DNA from: an uncultured Candidatus Peribacteria bacterium
GTDB lineage: Bacteria; Patescibacteriota; Gracilibacteria; UBA1369; UBA12463
Reading direction: 5' to 3'
NCBI GenBank assembly: GCA_964521465.1
Contig: CAZFSD010000001.1
Coordinates: 18,715 to 74,335 of the forward strand
DNA: 55,621 nucleotides
Position numbers and translations under genes: made by a program. This document shows, piece by piece, positions 7,901-15,970 of this stretch. The notes under the pieces were generated by a model. It had not been told where the DNA came from, ran no database searches, and was given only the letters and a program-made list of their open reading frames with translations. The stretch's first letter is position 1. Every line of letters begins with the position of its first letter.

Positions 7901-9743
7901 TTTTATGGAATTGAACGGTGAGGATCGTCTTGGTATCTTGGATGAGAATTTTGCCGTGATGCTCATTACGAGTTATAACCGTTCTCCCAAAAGAATTCTT
8001 CGTGCGGTGTATCAGAATTGGGCTTATAATCTCGCTGAAAAGGCTGGTGTTCAGCCGGAATTTGGTTTGAACGAAATTGATGCATTTACCAAAACTGCCG
8101 ATGATCAGGATACTTTGGAGGTGAAACTTTTGAATACTTTTCGTGCGGTTATCGTGCGTCTCCGTGATACTGGTGCCATCCATATTGAAGGCCAGGATAT
8201 TGATGCTGCATTGATGAATGTCGTTCAAAAGCCAACGGCATTTCTCCAGACACCTCTTTATCGCGAACTTTCTCGATGGTATCAAACTCAAGATTCTCGC
8301 GGACTTCGTTTTACTTTTTCTCCCGATGAACTGACGCGTGGTGATCATATTTTTTCTTATGGTCAGCGATTTATTTTTCCGAGCAATGATCCGTCCCTTC
8401 GCCAGGCTATGTCGAATTGGCAGCGTTCTTTCCGTGATTATGATCGTCTTGCGCAGTTGAGTCGTATGGTCCGAGATGGAAAATATGAATTACGAAAAAC
8501 TCCGCAAGATACTCCTCGTGTTCTCGAAATTCCTCCTTTTCATGTTCCAAAAGATACTCCTGATTCTCCGGAATCTCTTGCCCTTCAAGAGTGTCGAGAA
8601 TGCCTGGAGGATGGTCATTTATTTGTTTATGCCAAAGATGTTTTTCTCCGTGAGAAGCCAAGTGGCAATCGTACTGCGCAGCTTTTTTTCGGTACACGAT
8701 TGAAGTTTGTTGATGTCGAACTTCGTTCCGGTGAAAAATGGGCAAAAGTAGAGGTTGCCGATGGTCCTTCGGTTGGAAAAACAGGATATATTGCCTTTGA
8801 AAAACGCTGGTATAGCAATGTTGATGGTCCAAAATTGAAAGATCGTTTTTCTCAGAAACTTGCTGAAAAAGAATCTGATCCTGAGGCGAAGCTTCCTGCA
8901 GATTATCGCAAGACGATGGAGCGATATCTTCGTTTTATTGCCAATTATAATGCTGAGAAAATTCCTCATTCTCTCGACCTTATGGCTCGTGCAAAAGTCG
9001 AAGCTGTTGAAGTGAATGATACTTTGATTCGTGAAAAAATTTTTACGATCGCACGATTTTATGGATACAAAAATCAGAAATTTTTTGCGGTTCTTCCGAA
9101 GGTTCGAGTGTCCGGTATTCCTTCGCAAAAACTCTACCTTATCGATACGGAAAATCACCGTCTTTTGAGTATGACAACCTCTACCGGTCGTCCAGCACAT
9201 GAGACGCCGAGTGGTCATTATGTGGCTTATAGTCACGGTTATAAAGATTTGAATTCTCTGGGTGCGGATATGGGTTCGTACGCTCAGAAGTACGCCAATG
9301 AACCCGAGCGAACTCAACTTCAGGCTGGTCCTGGAGGTGGAAAGATTTCCATGACAACCGCTCTGATCGAAATTCGTGGAGAGGGTGATGCAAAAGGTGG
9401 TGCCGGTCGCTACTTCCATGGAACGAATCGCGAGAATCAGTTGGGTGGTAAAGCCTCGAGTGGTTGTGTGCGTATGGCGAATCTTGATGCCGTATACCTT
9501 GCTTCACTCCTGGGTGAATCGAATATGGAATTCCAAATTATTGACTCTGAGATTCCTCCTGAGCTTGCATCATCTCTTCGAAATGTTCGTCCGCCGGCGG
9601 TAGTTACCAAGGTGAATTATGCGCCTCCGGGTGGCCCATCTTTGCAGCCGGCACAATTTCCATCGGTTGAACCTTCTCAAAAATCACGCCCTTCGGAATC
9701 ACGCCCTTTGCGTGATAAAAACGGAAATGTTTATAAACCTTAA
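4998..9743 (+). CDS. giant multidomain protein with C-terminal L,D-transpeptidase (YkuD) domain and SLT-like motifs
   Basis: Uninterrupted 1581-aa ORF. The C-terminus has HETPSGHY...YFHGTN...GGKASSGCVRM (His1474/Cys1490), the YkuD signature. The mid-region RESQSIGAFQI...SYNRSP resembles lytic transglycosylase motifs. No signal peptide or TM at the N-terminus. Confidence 0.8.
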   Translation: MPPPVEGPKPQKIPEVPKKNAAIALADLKAENFSLNAPIDFHFVRDLEGKRSGTMDPMTWNIYQILTRFYLSQGVRGEASWRKASQEANQLLPLLRSMSVTDSHGTQMDSSLQEYFLKLVRQKQVDCLRLLPDMTLQILNKKDEVLYSLNLIVLKRDGVLQTSTADRKSLLQDITKTAGASLEKIGKIPEVLATKVMEGIDFLDAFASPAERAFLPLKPPVISDTREKKTISVFDTLRVSRQPPKLVEDQFRSLDLCSFYAISLLQEAYGRPAVREMGLSRYGRMPNAWDLRATGIEYGSLETKASVANLLQDKDRRLRVTEKNPDGRKDGEGFGLVLDRKDEKEYQQQLGSFFELADSGQYPALVTIFNTDTKYGERIWNANKNRSENMRGYNSHVATVLGREPVRTLDVTKKERLGHFLEREAKTTPALQRYLKVTVTKTDGSVLPFSSAFDPKMKNVALKPGDKVSWQDVLVTDFFHGSERVMGLAEYASSKTMLLMDYMTLKNAEPRKNLEYQPVGFFQIEMGKPLVSEFQQKLGISPADTAYYFAAYSDLGIDLRNVRPKDMLPKFDLAALKKTVDAKGGPVALRMSIRQEYIHAYNESHPDALFIPIESGKDVWSHVSSYFEPYFRDRYALTRREKLEILQALDASCPNIDLSKNPPRFEKGDFLYLTRQRVQEIVDMIALSQAKQFNTLDVVDILDPGDSPRAFVARAFDDYVRAEGASALSFSPEDVKNSQHLLDISYDRLDSAEKAYVFRAFAALNPHLDLTLVDVPNPVKPGEVVSSGTHQEYKNLPVGDRMVFRRTDLAKCFSDIFELRQLRLANQRFSGPMTDPFANVRMGSRLLKIPENIRDFINESYPGSTLRETVVRNALYLVYAKEQMSGGLRGEAKDFLDSSGLRESQSIGAFQIRPTLQDMELCKDVFPRHGLIMPETFDEFKSAVRDNRQVAVLVAGQRLFEAMNVFEHFMELNGEDRLGILDENFAVMLITSYNRSPKRILRAVYQNWAYNLAEKAGVQPEFGLNEIDAFTKTADDQDTLEVKLLNTFRAVIVRLRDTGAIHIEGQDIDAALMNVVQKPTAFLQTPLYRELSRWYQTQDSRGLRFTFSPDELTRGDHIFSYGQRFIFPSNDPSLRQAMSNWQRSFRDYDRLAQLSRMVRDGKYELRKTPQDTPRVLEIPPFHVPKDTPDSPESLALQECRECLEDGHLFVYAKDVFLREKPSGNRTAQLFFGTRLKFVDVELRSGEKWAKVEVADGPSVGKTGYIAFEKRWYSNVDGPKLKDRFSQKLAEKESDPEAKLPADYRKTMERYLRFIANYNAEKIPHSLDLMARAKVEAVEVNDTLIREKIFTIARFYGYKNQKFFAVLPKVRVSGIPSQKLYLIDTENHRLLSMTTSTGRPAHETPSGHYVAYSHGYKDLNSLGADMGSYAQKYANEPERTQLQAGPGGGKISMTTALIEIRGEGDAKGGAGRYFHGTNRENQLGGKASSGCVRMANLDAVYLASLLGESNMEFQIIDSEIPPELASSLRNVRPPAVVTKVNYAPPGGPSLQPAQFPSVEPSQKSRPSESRPLRDKNGNVYKP

Positions 9744-9760
9744 TCTGCGCGATACTTTGC

Positions 9761-10777
9761 TTATTGCAGATATATCGCTCTGTTGGCGTTCTGTTGCTCG
9801 TTTGTTTGTGCGTATACAACTTCGCCAGTATCCGGTTTTGTGAGGTAGAACCAGTATGGTGATGAGGTTGGACTTATGGCAGCTTCGATCATGGCGATCC
9901 CGGGATTTCCGATGGGTGTCGGCGGGATCCTTTTGCTTTTATAAGTGTTGTATTGTTCATCGTCACTGTAGAGACTTGTTGCATCGATATTGAGAAACCA
10001 TCCGTTATCGATTCGTTTCCACATGATTCCGGCAACGATTGGAAAATCTTGTGGTGTACGAACTTCTTTTTCCAGCATTGAGGCGATAGTGATGATTTCC
10101 TGTATCGTTCTTAATTTTCCGGCAACTTCTTTTTGTTTCCCTGCTCCTTTTTCTGCTGCAGCGAGTGCGGGTATTTTTTCTATTACTTTTCTTTGAAAGG
10201 TTTGGAGCATTGTTTCTATGAGTCTTCCGGGTACAAATTCTCCCGCCTCCAAGAAATAGGTGTCTGGGAAGAGGAATCCTTCGAGGGATTGTCCTGGGGT
10301 CAGAAATGGATAACGGTCGTATTGGGTGAAATTTTTTGCGGCTTGGATGAACTCATTTTTTTGGATGAACTCATTTTTTGCGAGTAGTTCATCAATTTGC
10401 TTGAGACTGTAGCCTTCTGGAATGGTGATGATGTTTTTTGCTTTTTTTGGGTCCGTGAGAATGAGGGCGATTTTTGGAATCGTCAGACTCGGGCTCAACT
10501 CGAATCGTCCTGAAAGGAGTTTTTCTCCCTGATTCGTATCCTTGATATAGCGATAAAAGATATCAGCATCGAGGATGATTCCTTTTTCTTCGAGGAGTGC
10601 ACCAATGGTTTTTGCTGAAGTCCCTTTTTTGACGACAACAATTTTTGTTTGTGCATCTGCAGGATTCACTGCTTTTCCCAGGGCATTTTTGTAGGCGATA
10701 CTATCGCTGATGAAATAGACCGCTATCGTGAGAATTGCTGCAATGAGCAGCCATTTATGTATTTTCTTTTTCATCAT
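9761..10777 (-). CDS. mltG: endolytic murein transglycosylase MltG (YceG-like)
   Basis: 338 aa. N-terminal TM anchor (WLLIAAILTIAVYFI) and a YceG core (TIPEGYSLKQI, IITIASMLEKEV, YNTYKSKRIPPTPIGNPG). Confidence 0.88.
   Translation of the reverse strand: MMKKKIHKWLLIAAILTIAVYFISDSIAYKNALGKAVNPADAQTKIVVVKKGTSAKTIGALLEEKGIILDADIFYRYIKDTNQGEKLLSGRFELSPSLTIPKIALILTDPKKAKNIITIPEGYSLKQIDELLAKNEFIQKNEFIQAAKNFTQYDRYPFLTPGQSLEGFLFPDTYFLEAGEFVPGRLIETMLQTFQRKVIEKIPALAAAEKGAGKQKEVAGKLRTIQEIITIASMLEKEVRTPQDFPIVAGIMWKRIDNGWFLNIDATSLYSDDEQYNTYKSKRIPPTPIGNPGIAMIEAAISPTSSPYWFYLTKPDTGEVVYAQTNEQQNANRAIYLQ
10343..10378 (-). repeat. perfect 18-nt tandem duplication inside mltG
   Basis: TTGGATGAACTCATTTTT occurs twice back to back (10343-10360 and 10361-10378), encoding KNEFIQ-KNEFIQ. 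Confidence 0.95.
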
Positions 10778-10804
10778 TTTTTGAAGTTTTTATTTTGTAG
10801 AATT

Positions 10805-11119
10805 TTATTCCTCTCCTGGTGCGTCAAAATTCATGTCGCCCATGATCGCTTTCATTTTTTCTGCGGCGATTTGCTGAGCCTTGTTCTTTCCTTTGTTGAA
10901 TGCCTTTTCGAGCCGATCTTCCAAGATCCTTTTGCTTTTTTGTGCTTGTTGCATGAGATCATCGCTGATGCTTACCGATACAACATCCATTTCACCATTG
11001 ACAGTGACCGTTGCTCCATCTTGCTCCGCTTCTATGTGAATATTCTTCAGATCTTTTTTAATTTCTTTCGCTTGTTTTTGAAGTTTGTAGGCGCCTTTGA
11101 CTTTTGCAAACATGTTCAT
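10805..11119 (-). CDS. ybaB: YbaB/EbfC family nucleoid-associated protein
   Basis: 104 aa with KLQKQAKEIKKDL...VTVNGEMDVVSVSISDDLM...LEDRLEKAFN, typical of YbaB. An alternative ATG lies at 11113. Confidence 0.8.
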   Translation of the reverse strand: MNMFAKVKGAYKLQKQAKEIKKDLKNIHIEAEQDGATVTVNGEMDVVSVSISDDLMQQAQKSKRILEDRLEKAFNKGKNKAQQIAAEKMKAIMGDMNFDAPGEE

Positions 11120-11211
11120 AAAAAATGATTGTTAGGAAGTGACGAAGAATAGATTTTCCTCTTTGCCGGTTGATTGTAGCAAAAAAAATTTCTTTTTTTC
11201 AATCACAAGCT

Positions 11212-11217
11212 TATAAT
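11212..11217 (+). promoter_or_regulatory. -10 box upstream of the cupredoxin gene
   Basis: TATAAT at 11212-11217. The predicted 5' UTR (about 40 nt) consists mostly of the ACTTTT repeat. Confidence 0.35.
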
Positions 11218-11230
11218 TTCCTGGCTCCTT

Positions 11231-11262
11231 ACTTTTTTACTTTTACTTTTACTTTTACTTTT
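11231..11262 (+). repeat. hexanucleotide tandem repeat (ACTTTT)n in the cupredoxin 5' UTR
   Basis: One ACTTTTTT unit, then four perfect ACTTTT units (11239-11262), ending 2 nt before ATG 11265. Confidence 0.95.
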
Positions 11263-11264
11263 CT

Positions 11265-11753
11265 ATGAAACATTTCATGACTCTTTTTGTGGCTTTGTCA
11301 CTTTTTGTTTCTGCTTTTTCTTTTGCTCAAGCAAAGACTCCTCGTCCTTCTCTTCAAAATCCCGTTGTTCAAAAAGGAGTTGTAAAAAAAGCCTTGAAGA
11401 AGAAGGCTCCCAAGAAGGGATCGAAGCATGAGATGAAGAAAGTGGAAGAAGGGAATAAGCCAGCCGTTTCGGTACCTCCTGCTTCTACTCCTTCTGCTTC
11501 TACTCCTCTTGCGGTCGGTATTTCGGGTTTTGTTTTTGTGGCTTCCGATTTGAAGGTCAAAGTAGGGGATATGGTGACATGGACCAACAATGATTCAGCT
11601 CCACATACGGTGACGGCGGATGACGGGAAGACTTTCGCGAGTCCGACGCTTTCTCAAGGCGGTACATTCAGCTTTACTTTTACGACTCCGGGGACTTTTG
11701 CCTACCATTGTGCTGTTCACCCTTCGATGAAGGGAGTCGTTGTGGTCGAATAG
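11265..11753 (+). CDS. secreted type-1 copper (cupredoxin, plastocyanin/amicyanin-like) protein
   Basis: 162 aa. Signal peptide MKHFMTLFVALSLFVSAFSFAQA, a Lys-rich then Pro/Ser/Thr-rich linker, and a cupredoxin domain with the ligand pattern APHTV...YHCAVHPSMKG (His, Cys, His, Met). Confidence 0.85.
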   Translation: MKHFMTLFVALSLFVSAFSFAQAKTPRPSLQNPVVQKGVVKKALKKKAPKKGSKHEMKKVEEGNKPAVSVPPASTPSASTPLAVGISGFVFVASDLKVKVGDMVTWTNNDSAPHTVTADDGKTFASPTLSQGGTFSFTFTTPGTFAYHCAVHPSMKGVVVVE

Positions 11754-11764
11754 GAAAAATCAAC

Positions 11765-11793
11765 TTGTCATAAACTTGCTTTTTCGTTAGAAT
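11765..11793 (+). promoter_or_regulatory. rplY promoter
   Basis: TTGTCA (11765-11770), 17-nt spacer, TAGAAT (11788-11793). ATG 11820. Confidence 0.55.
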
Positions 11794-11819
11794 CGCTGCG
11801 CTTTATTTACCCTTCGTTT

Positions 11820-12494
11820 ATGTCATCATTTGTTCTTGAAGCTGAAATTCGCAATGAGAAGGTTACACCTTCAGCTTTGCGCCGACAGAAAAAGATCCCT
11901 GCTGTTTTCTACGGAAAGGGTATCGAAAATCTCCATTTTGCTTTACAATTGCCTGCTTTTACGGCTCTTTATCGCCGCGCCGGAGAAAATAATCTTATTG
12001 ATCTCCAGGTTGTTGGTGGTAAAAAGTTCAAAACTCTCGTTCATGCAGTTCAATATCACCCCGTGACTGATGAAATTGTTCATGTGGATTTGAAAAACAT
12101 TCGTATGGACGAAAAACTTACAACTCGTGTGGCGGTAAAGCTTACGGGTGTTGCTCCTGCGGTCAAAGACTTCATGGGTATCGTTTCTCTCCAAGCTCCT
12201 GAAATTGAAATTCGCTGTTTGCCTGGTGATCTTATCCATGAGATTCTCGTGGATATTTCTTCTTTGAAAACGCTTCGTGATTCAATTCATGTCTCTGATT
12301 TGGTTGTTCCAAAAGGCATTGAGGTTCTTCTCGATAGTCAGCGAACGATCATTACTGTTCTCGCTCCGAAGAAAGAAGAGGAAGATGCTCCAAAAGCTCA
12401 GACTGCTATGGAGGCTGATGCCGCCGCAGCCGCTGCAGCTGCCGCAGCCGCTCCTGCTGCTGATAAAGAGAAAAAAGAGGATAAGAAGAAATAG
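11820..12494 (+). CDS. rplY: 50S ribosomal protein L25 (Ctc form)
   Basis: 224 aa, two-domain L25/Ctc-like (LEAEIRNEK...PAVFYGKGIENLHFAL...). It ends in a poly-Ala run and a Lys/Glu-rich tail. Confidence 0.88.
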   Translation: MSSFVLEAEIRNEKVTPSALRRQKKIPAVFYGKGIENLHFALQLPAFTALYRRAGENNLIDLQVVGGKKFKTLVHAVQYHPVTDEIVHVDLKNIRMDEKLTTRVAVKLTGVAPAVKDFMGIVSLQAPEIEIRCLPGDLIHEILVDISSLKTLRDSIHVSDLVVPKGIEVLLDSQRTIITVLAPKKEEEDAPKAQTAMEADAAAAAAAAAAAPAADKEKKEDKKK

Positions 12495-12518
12495 TTTTTG
12501 TTTTTCTTTTATCATTTT

Positions 12519-12548
12519 AAAACCCCGCCTCGAGAGGCGGGGTTTTTT
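12519..12548. terminator. bidirectional intrinsic terminator between convergent rplY and hppA
   Basis: AAAACCCCGCC-tcgaga-GGCGGGGTTTTTT: a GC-rich 7-9 bp stem flanked by an A-run and a T-run. Confidence 0.8.
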
Positions 12549-12565
12549 GTACTCTTGATTCTTCT

Positions 12566-14635
12566 TTATTTCATCATCATAGCGCCGATGACTGGGGCGA
12601 TGATGAGTGCGATCGTGTTGATAACTTTGATGAGTGCGTTGAGCGCTGGACCTGCAGTGTCTTTGAATGGATCACCGACGGTGTCGCCGACAACAGCGGC
12701 TTTGTGAGCATCACTGCCCTTGCCTCCGAAATGACCTTTTTCGATGTATTTCTTTCCGTTATCCCATGCTGCACCACCGGTGGACATGAAGAGAGCGAGT
12801 AAGAATCCACCGAGAATCAATCCTACGAGCATACCGCCGAGTGCCTGTGCTCCGAGCAAAAATCCTACGAGGAGAGGGCTGACGACTGCGAGAATTCCTG
12901 GTATGACCATCTCTTTGAGTGCTGCCTTGGTAACGATATCGACACAGCGGCCGTAGAGAGGCTTTGCCTTTCCTTCCATAATGCCTTTAATTTCACGGAA
13001 TTGTTTTCGAACTTCTTCGACGACAGCGTATGCGGCTTTTCCGACAGAACGCATCAGGAGTGATGCGAAGAAGAAAGAGATTGTTCCTCCAATCAAGAGG
13101 CCGACCAATACTTTGTAGTTACTGATGTCAAAAGTAATGACTGTTTCTCCTGAAACTTTTGTTAACTCTTCTGTGTAGGCTTGGAACAAAACGAGTGCAG
13201 CGAGTGCTGCAGATCCAATGGCGTAGCCTTTTGTGACGGCTTTTGTGGTGTTTCCGACAGCATCGAGTTCATCGGTGACTTCTCGGACTGAAGCTTCTTG
13301 TCCTGTCATTTCTGCGATACCACCAGCATTGTCGGTAATTGGTCCATATGAGTCGGTGGCGATGACCATACCGGTCGTGGAAAGCATGGCGACTGCAGCG
13401 ATGGCGATTCCATAAATACCATTGCCTACAGATTCAGATTGTTCGCCAAACCAGTACGCGAGGATGATACCAGCGATGATGAGAAGTACTGGTAAAACAG
13501 TACTTTCGAGGCCGACAGCGAGGCCCATGATGAGGTTGGTACCTGCTCCTGTTTGTGATGCTTCTGCGATTTTTTGCACTGGTTTGTGTTCTGTTGCGGT
13601 GTAGTATTCGGTGATGACGTTGATGAGCCATGTGATCACGAGACCTACGAGTGTGGCGTAGAAAATGTTCATGTCACCAATCATGTACTTCGAGACGAAG
13701 TAGAAGCCGATTGCAGAAAGAACGGTGGTTGCGTAAATACCTTTGTACATCGCACCCATGATGTTTTTCTTTTTTCCGAGTCGAACAAACCAGGTTCCAA
13801 TGATGGAAGAGATGATCGATACTGCGCCAAGTGCGAGTGGAAATTCAATACCTTTGGCTCCGAGAGATTCCGTAAGAACGGATGAAGCGAGAATCATGGC
13901 AGCGATGAGTGTCACTGCGTATGTTTCGAAAAGATCTGCTCCCATACCGGCACAATCGCCGACATTATCGCCGACATTATCCGCGATGACGGCTGGATTT
14001 CGTGGATCGTCTTCCGGGATGCTTTTCTCTACTTTTCCGACGATATCAGCACCAACATCTGCTGCTTTGGTAAAAATACCTCCGCCAACACGAGCGAAGA
14101 GGGAAATGAGTGATGCGCCGAAGCCGAAACCGATGAGAAGATTTGGAGCTTCTCCTGCCGGAATGCCGAGAACGGCGGTGAAAATGTAATAGAATCCTGA
14201 AACTCCGAGGAGTGCGAGACCGACAACAGCCATACCTGTGACAGATCCGCCACGGAATGCAACGTTCAAAGCAGCTTTGATGCCTTTTTTGGCAGCTTCA
14301 GTCGTGCGAATGTTGGCACGGACAGAAATGCTCATACCGATGTATCCTGCGAGGCCTGAGAACAGAGCGCCGACGAGGAACCCAACACCAATCCAGAGCC
14401 CGTTATTATGGCTTCCGGCTGGGATAAGGAAGACGATCACCAGAAACAATGCAATGGCAAAAAGTGCCATAGTAATAGCCTGGCGATTGAGATAGGCAGT
14501 TGCACCTTCCTGGATGGAAGCCGCAATTTCTTGCATATCTGCAGTTCCTTTTGGTTGTCTTAAAACCCAAACAACCAGAAGAGCCGCATAGAGGAGCGCG
14601 AGAACGCTAACTCCGAGAGCGATCATGGAAATCAT
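12566..14635 (-). CDS. hppA: membrane-integral H+-translocating pyrophosphatase, K+-independent type
   Basis: Motifs [57 protein letters not shown] (Lys in GNTTKA) and [16 protein letters not shown], with about 16 TM. The ORF opens at 14677, but that ATG lies inside a TATAAT box, so ATG 14635 (MISMIALGV) is preferred. Confidence 0.92.
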   Translation of the reverse strand: MISMIALGVSVLALLYAALLVVWVLRQPKGTADMQEIAASIQEGATAYLNRQAITMALFAIALFLVIVFLIPAGSHNNGLWIGVGFLVGALFSGLAGYIGMSISVRANIRTTEAAKKGIKAALNVAFRGGSVTGMAVVGLALLGVSGFYYIFTAVLGIPAGEAPNLLIGFGFGASLISLFARVGGGIFTKAADVGADIVGKVEKSIPEDDPRNPAVIADNVGDNVGDCAGMGADLFETYAVTLIAAMILASSVLTESLGAKGIEFPLALGAVSIISSIIGTWFVRLGKKKNIMGAMYKGIYATTVLSAIGFYFVSKYMIGDMNIFYATLVGLVITWLINVITEYYTATEHKPVQKIAEASQTGAGTNLIMGLAVGLESTVLPVLLIIAGIILAYWFGEQSESVGNGIYGIAIAAVAMLSTTGMVIATDSYGPITDNAGGIAEMTGQEASVREVTDELDAVGNTTKAVTKGYAIGSAALAALVLFQAYTEELTKVSGETVITFDISNYKVLVGLLIGGTISFFFASLLMRSVGKAAYAVVEEVRKQFREIKGIMEGKAKPLYGRCVDIVTKAALKEMVIPGILAVVSPLLVGFLLGAQALGGMLVGLILGGFLLALFMSTGGAAWDNGKKYIEKGHFGGKGSDAHKAAVVGDTVGDPFKDTAGPALNALIKVINTIALIIAPVIGAMMMK

Positions 14636-14675
14636 TGAAGGAGAAGATAGGGGATAATAAGGTCTTGCGGCCCGC

Positions 14676-14681
14676 ATTATA
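14676..14681 (-). promoter_or_regulatory. -10 box for hppA
   Basis: TATAAT on the minus strand, overlapping the first in-frame ATG of the ORF-track model. Confidence 0.4.
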
Positions 14682-14714
14682 GCTTTTGTAAGGCTTTCCG
14701 TGAAGCTTATTTTG

Positions 14715-14723
14715 TGGTATAAT
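14715..14723 (+). promoter_or_regulatory. extended -10 box for the 14751 ORF
   Basis: TGgTATAAT, identical to the box at 4966-4974, divergent from the hppA box. Confidence 0.5.
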
Positions 14724-14750
14724 GTCCTGATATCGTTTTTTTCGATTTCT

Positions 14751-15956
14751 ATGGCCGATGAACAAAAAGAAAATTCGAATGTTGATCAAAAGGCTGTTTC
14801 TGCTCATCAAAAGATAGAGTTCGAGACTGCTGATGAGGCAAAGATTTCTCGAACGGTGGGGCAGAAGGTAACAGATGTAGTGCCCGATGTCCTTTCTCCT
14901 GAAGATGAAGATGCGGATAGCTCTTTTCGTCACGATGGGGACTTCTGGTCTCAGGTGAAAAATATCTTGGCAACTGCCGGATTTTCCTTGGGGAAGGTGA
15001 TCGGATGCTTCTTGGGTATCGTCGTTCTCGCTGGAGTTCTTGTGTTTTTTGTTTCCGGCGGCTTTCGCAGTGTGATGAACTCTCTTCCTTCTTTTGGTAA
15101 TTCCACCGATTCTCCTTCTCGTCGTGATCTTCCCTTTTTGCAGCAATCGGATGAAGTGCTTCAACAATATCAGCAAGTCCAAAATGTTTCGGCACCTTCT
15201 CTTCCTGAGAGTGTTCAGAGTCTTTCGAATCCCGATACGCTTCATGTTCTTGATCTTTCTGGTCTTACGACGAATTTCGTTATTGGTGGCTATCAGGGTT
15301 TGCGCCTTGTGCGTTCAGAGAATCTCACGCCGACGCTTCATGCTTCTTATGTTTTTGGCCAATCAGAAAAACGGACTCCATTCTTGTCTCAAGCTCTTCA
15401 GTCTTCACGAGCATCGTATGCTCTTGGTCATCAGGGGGCTTCCTCTGATCGTTTTGCAAAATATCTCATTACACTTGGACAGATTGAGAATGTCCTAGAT
15501 ACCGATGTTTTTGAACTTTTAAATCGCACTTCTCGTCGAGCAGACGCTCTGGATCAATATATTCAGGATCTTCAGTCTCTTTTTGCGCAGGCAACCTCTT
15601 ATGCCGATATGGTTGATCGTGAAATGACAACTTATAAGAGTCAATATGATGAGATCGTGGCTCAGCGCGATCTGGCGGAAAATGATTTTTTTGATGCGAC
15701 GAGTCGATATCAGTCCGATGCCACCAATGCTGCTTTGCAGAAATTTATTGATCTTTCGAAAGATGCTGTTGATCTCAAGGCTCATAATCTTGCTTTGGCA
15801 AAGCTGGCAAGCGGGTATAAAGTTGCTCTTCCAAAGCTGGATTCGCGTATTCGCGACATTCGTTTGAATCGTGAGCCGCTTCTGCGAGGGGTGAAGGTTT
15901 TTGATGTTCAGGGTTCATCGCTGGATTTGATTTTGCCTGACAAAAATCTGGAGTAG
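14751..15956 (+). CDS. hypothetical single-pass membrane protein with coiled-coil ectodomain
   Basis: The ORF track starts at GTG 14700, but a TGgTATAAT box (14715-14723) lies inside that extension, so ATG 14751 (MADEQKEN) is preferred. It has an acidic N-region, one TM ([24 protein letters not shown]) and a helical Q/L/D-rich C-region. No family recognised. Confidence 0.6.
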   Translation: MADEQKENSNVDQKAVSAHQKIEFETADEAKISRTVGQKVTDVVPDVLSPEDEDADSSFRHDGDFWSQVKNILATAGFSLGKVIGCFLGIVVLAGVLVFFVSGGFRSVMNSLPSFGNSTDSPSRRDLPFLQQSDEVLQQYQQVQNVSAPSLPESVQSLSNPDTLHVLDLSGLTTNFVIGGYQGLRLVRSENLTPTLHASYVFGQSEKRTPFLSQALQSSRASYALGHQGASSDRFAKYLITLGQIENVLDTDVFELLNRTSRRADALDQYIQDLQSLFAQATSYADMVDREMTTYKSQYDEIVAQRDLAENDFFDATSRYQSDATNAALQKFIDLSKDAVDLKAHNLALAKLASGYKVALPKLDSRIRDIRLNREPLLRGVKVFDVQGSSLDLILPDKNLE

Positions 15957-15970
15957 AATAAAGGAACTCT

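Noticed and set aside
7209-8348. 379-aa minus-strand ORF inside the giant gene, with a similar one at 8619-9419.
   Set aside because: Shadow ORFs within a single long sense ORF. Their basic, low-complexity translations have no motifs.
12415-12470. GCN-rich repeat at the 3' end of rplY.
   Set aside because: It is simply the coding sequence of a poly-Ala tail with mixed Ala codons, not a structured or mobile repeat.
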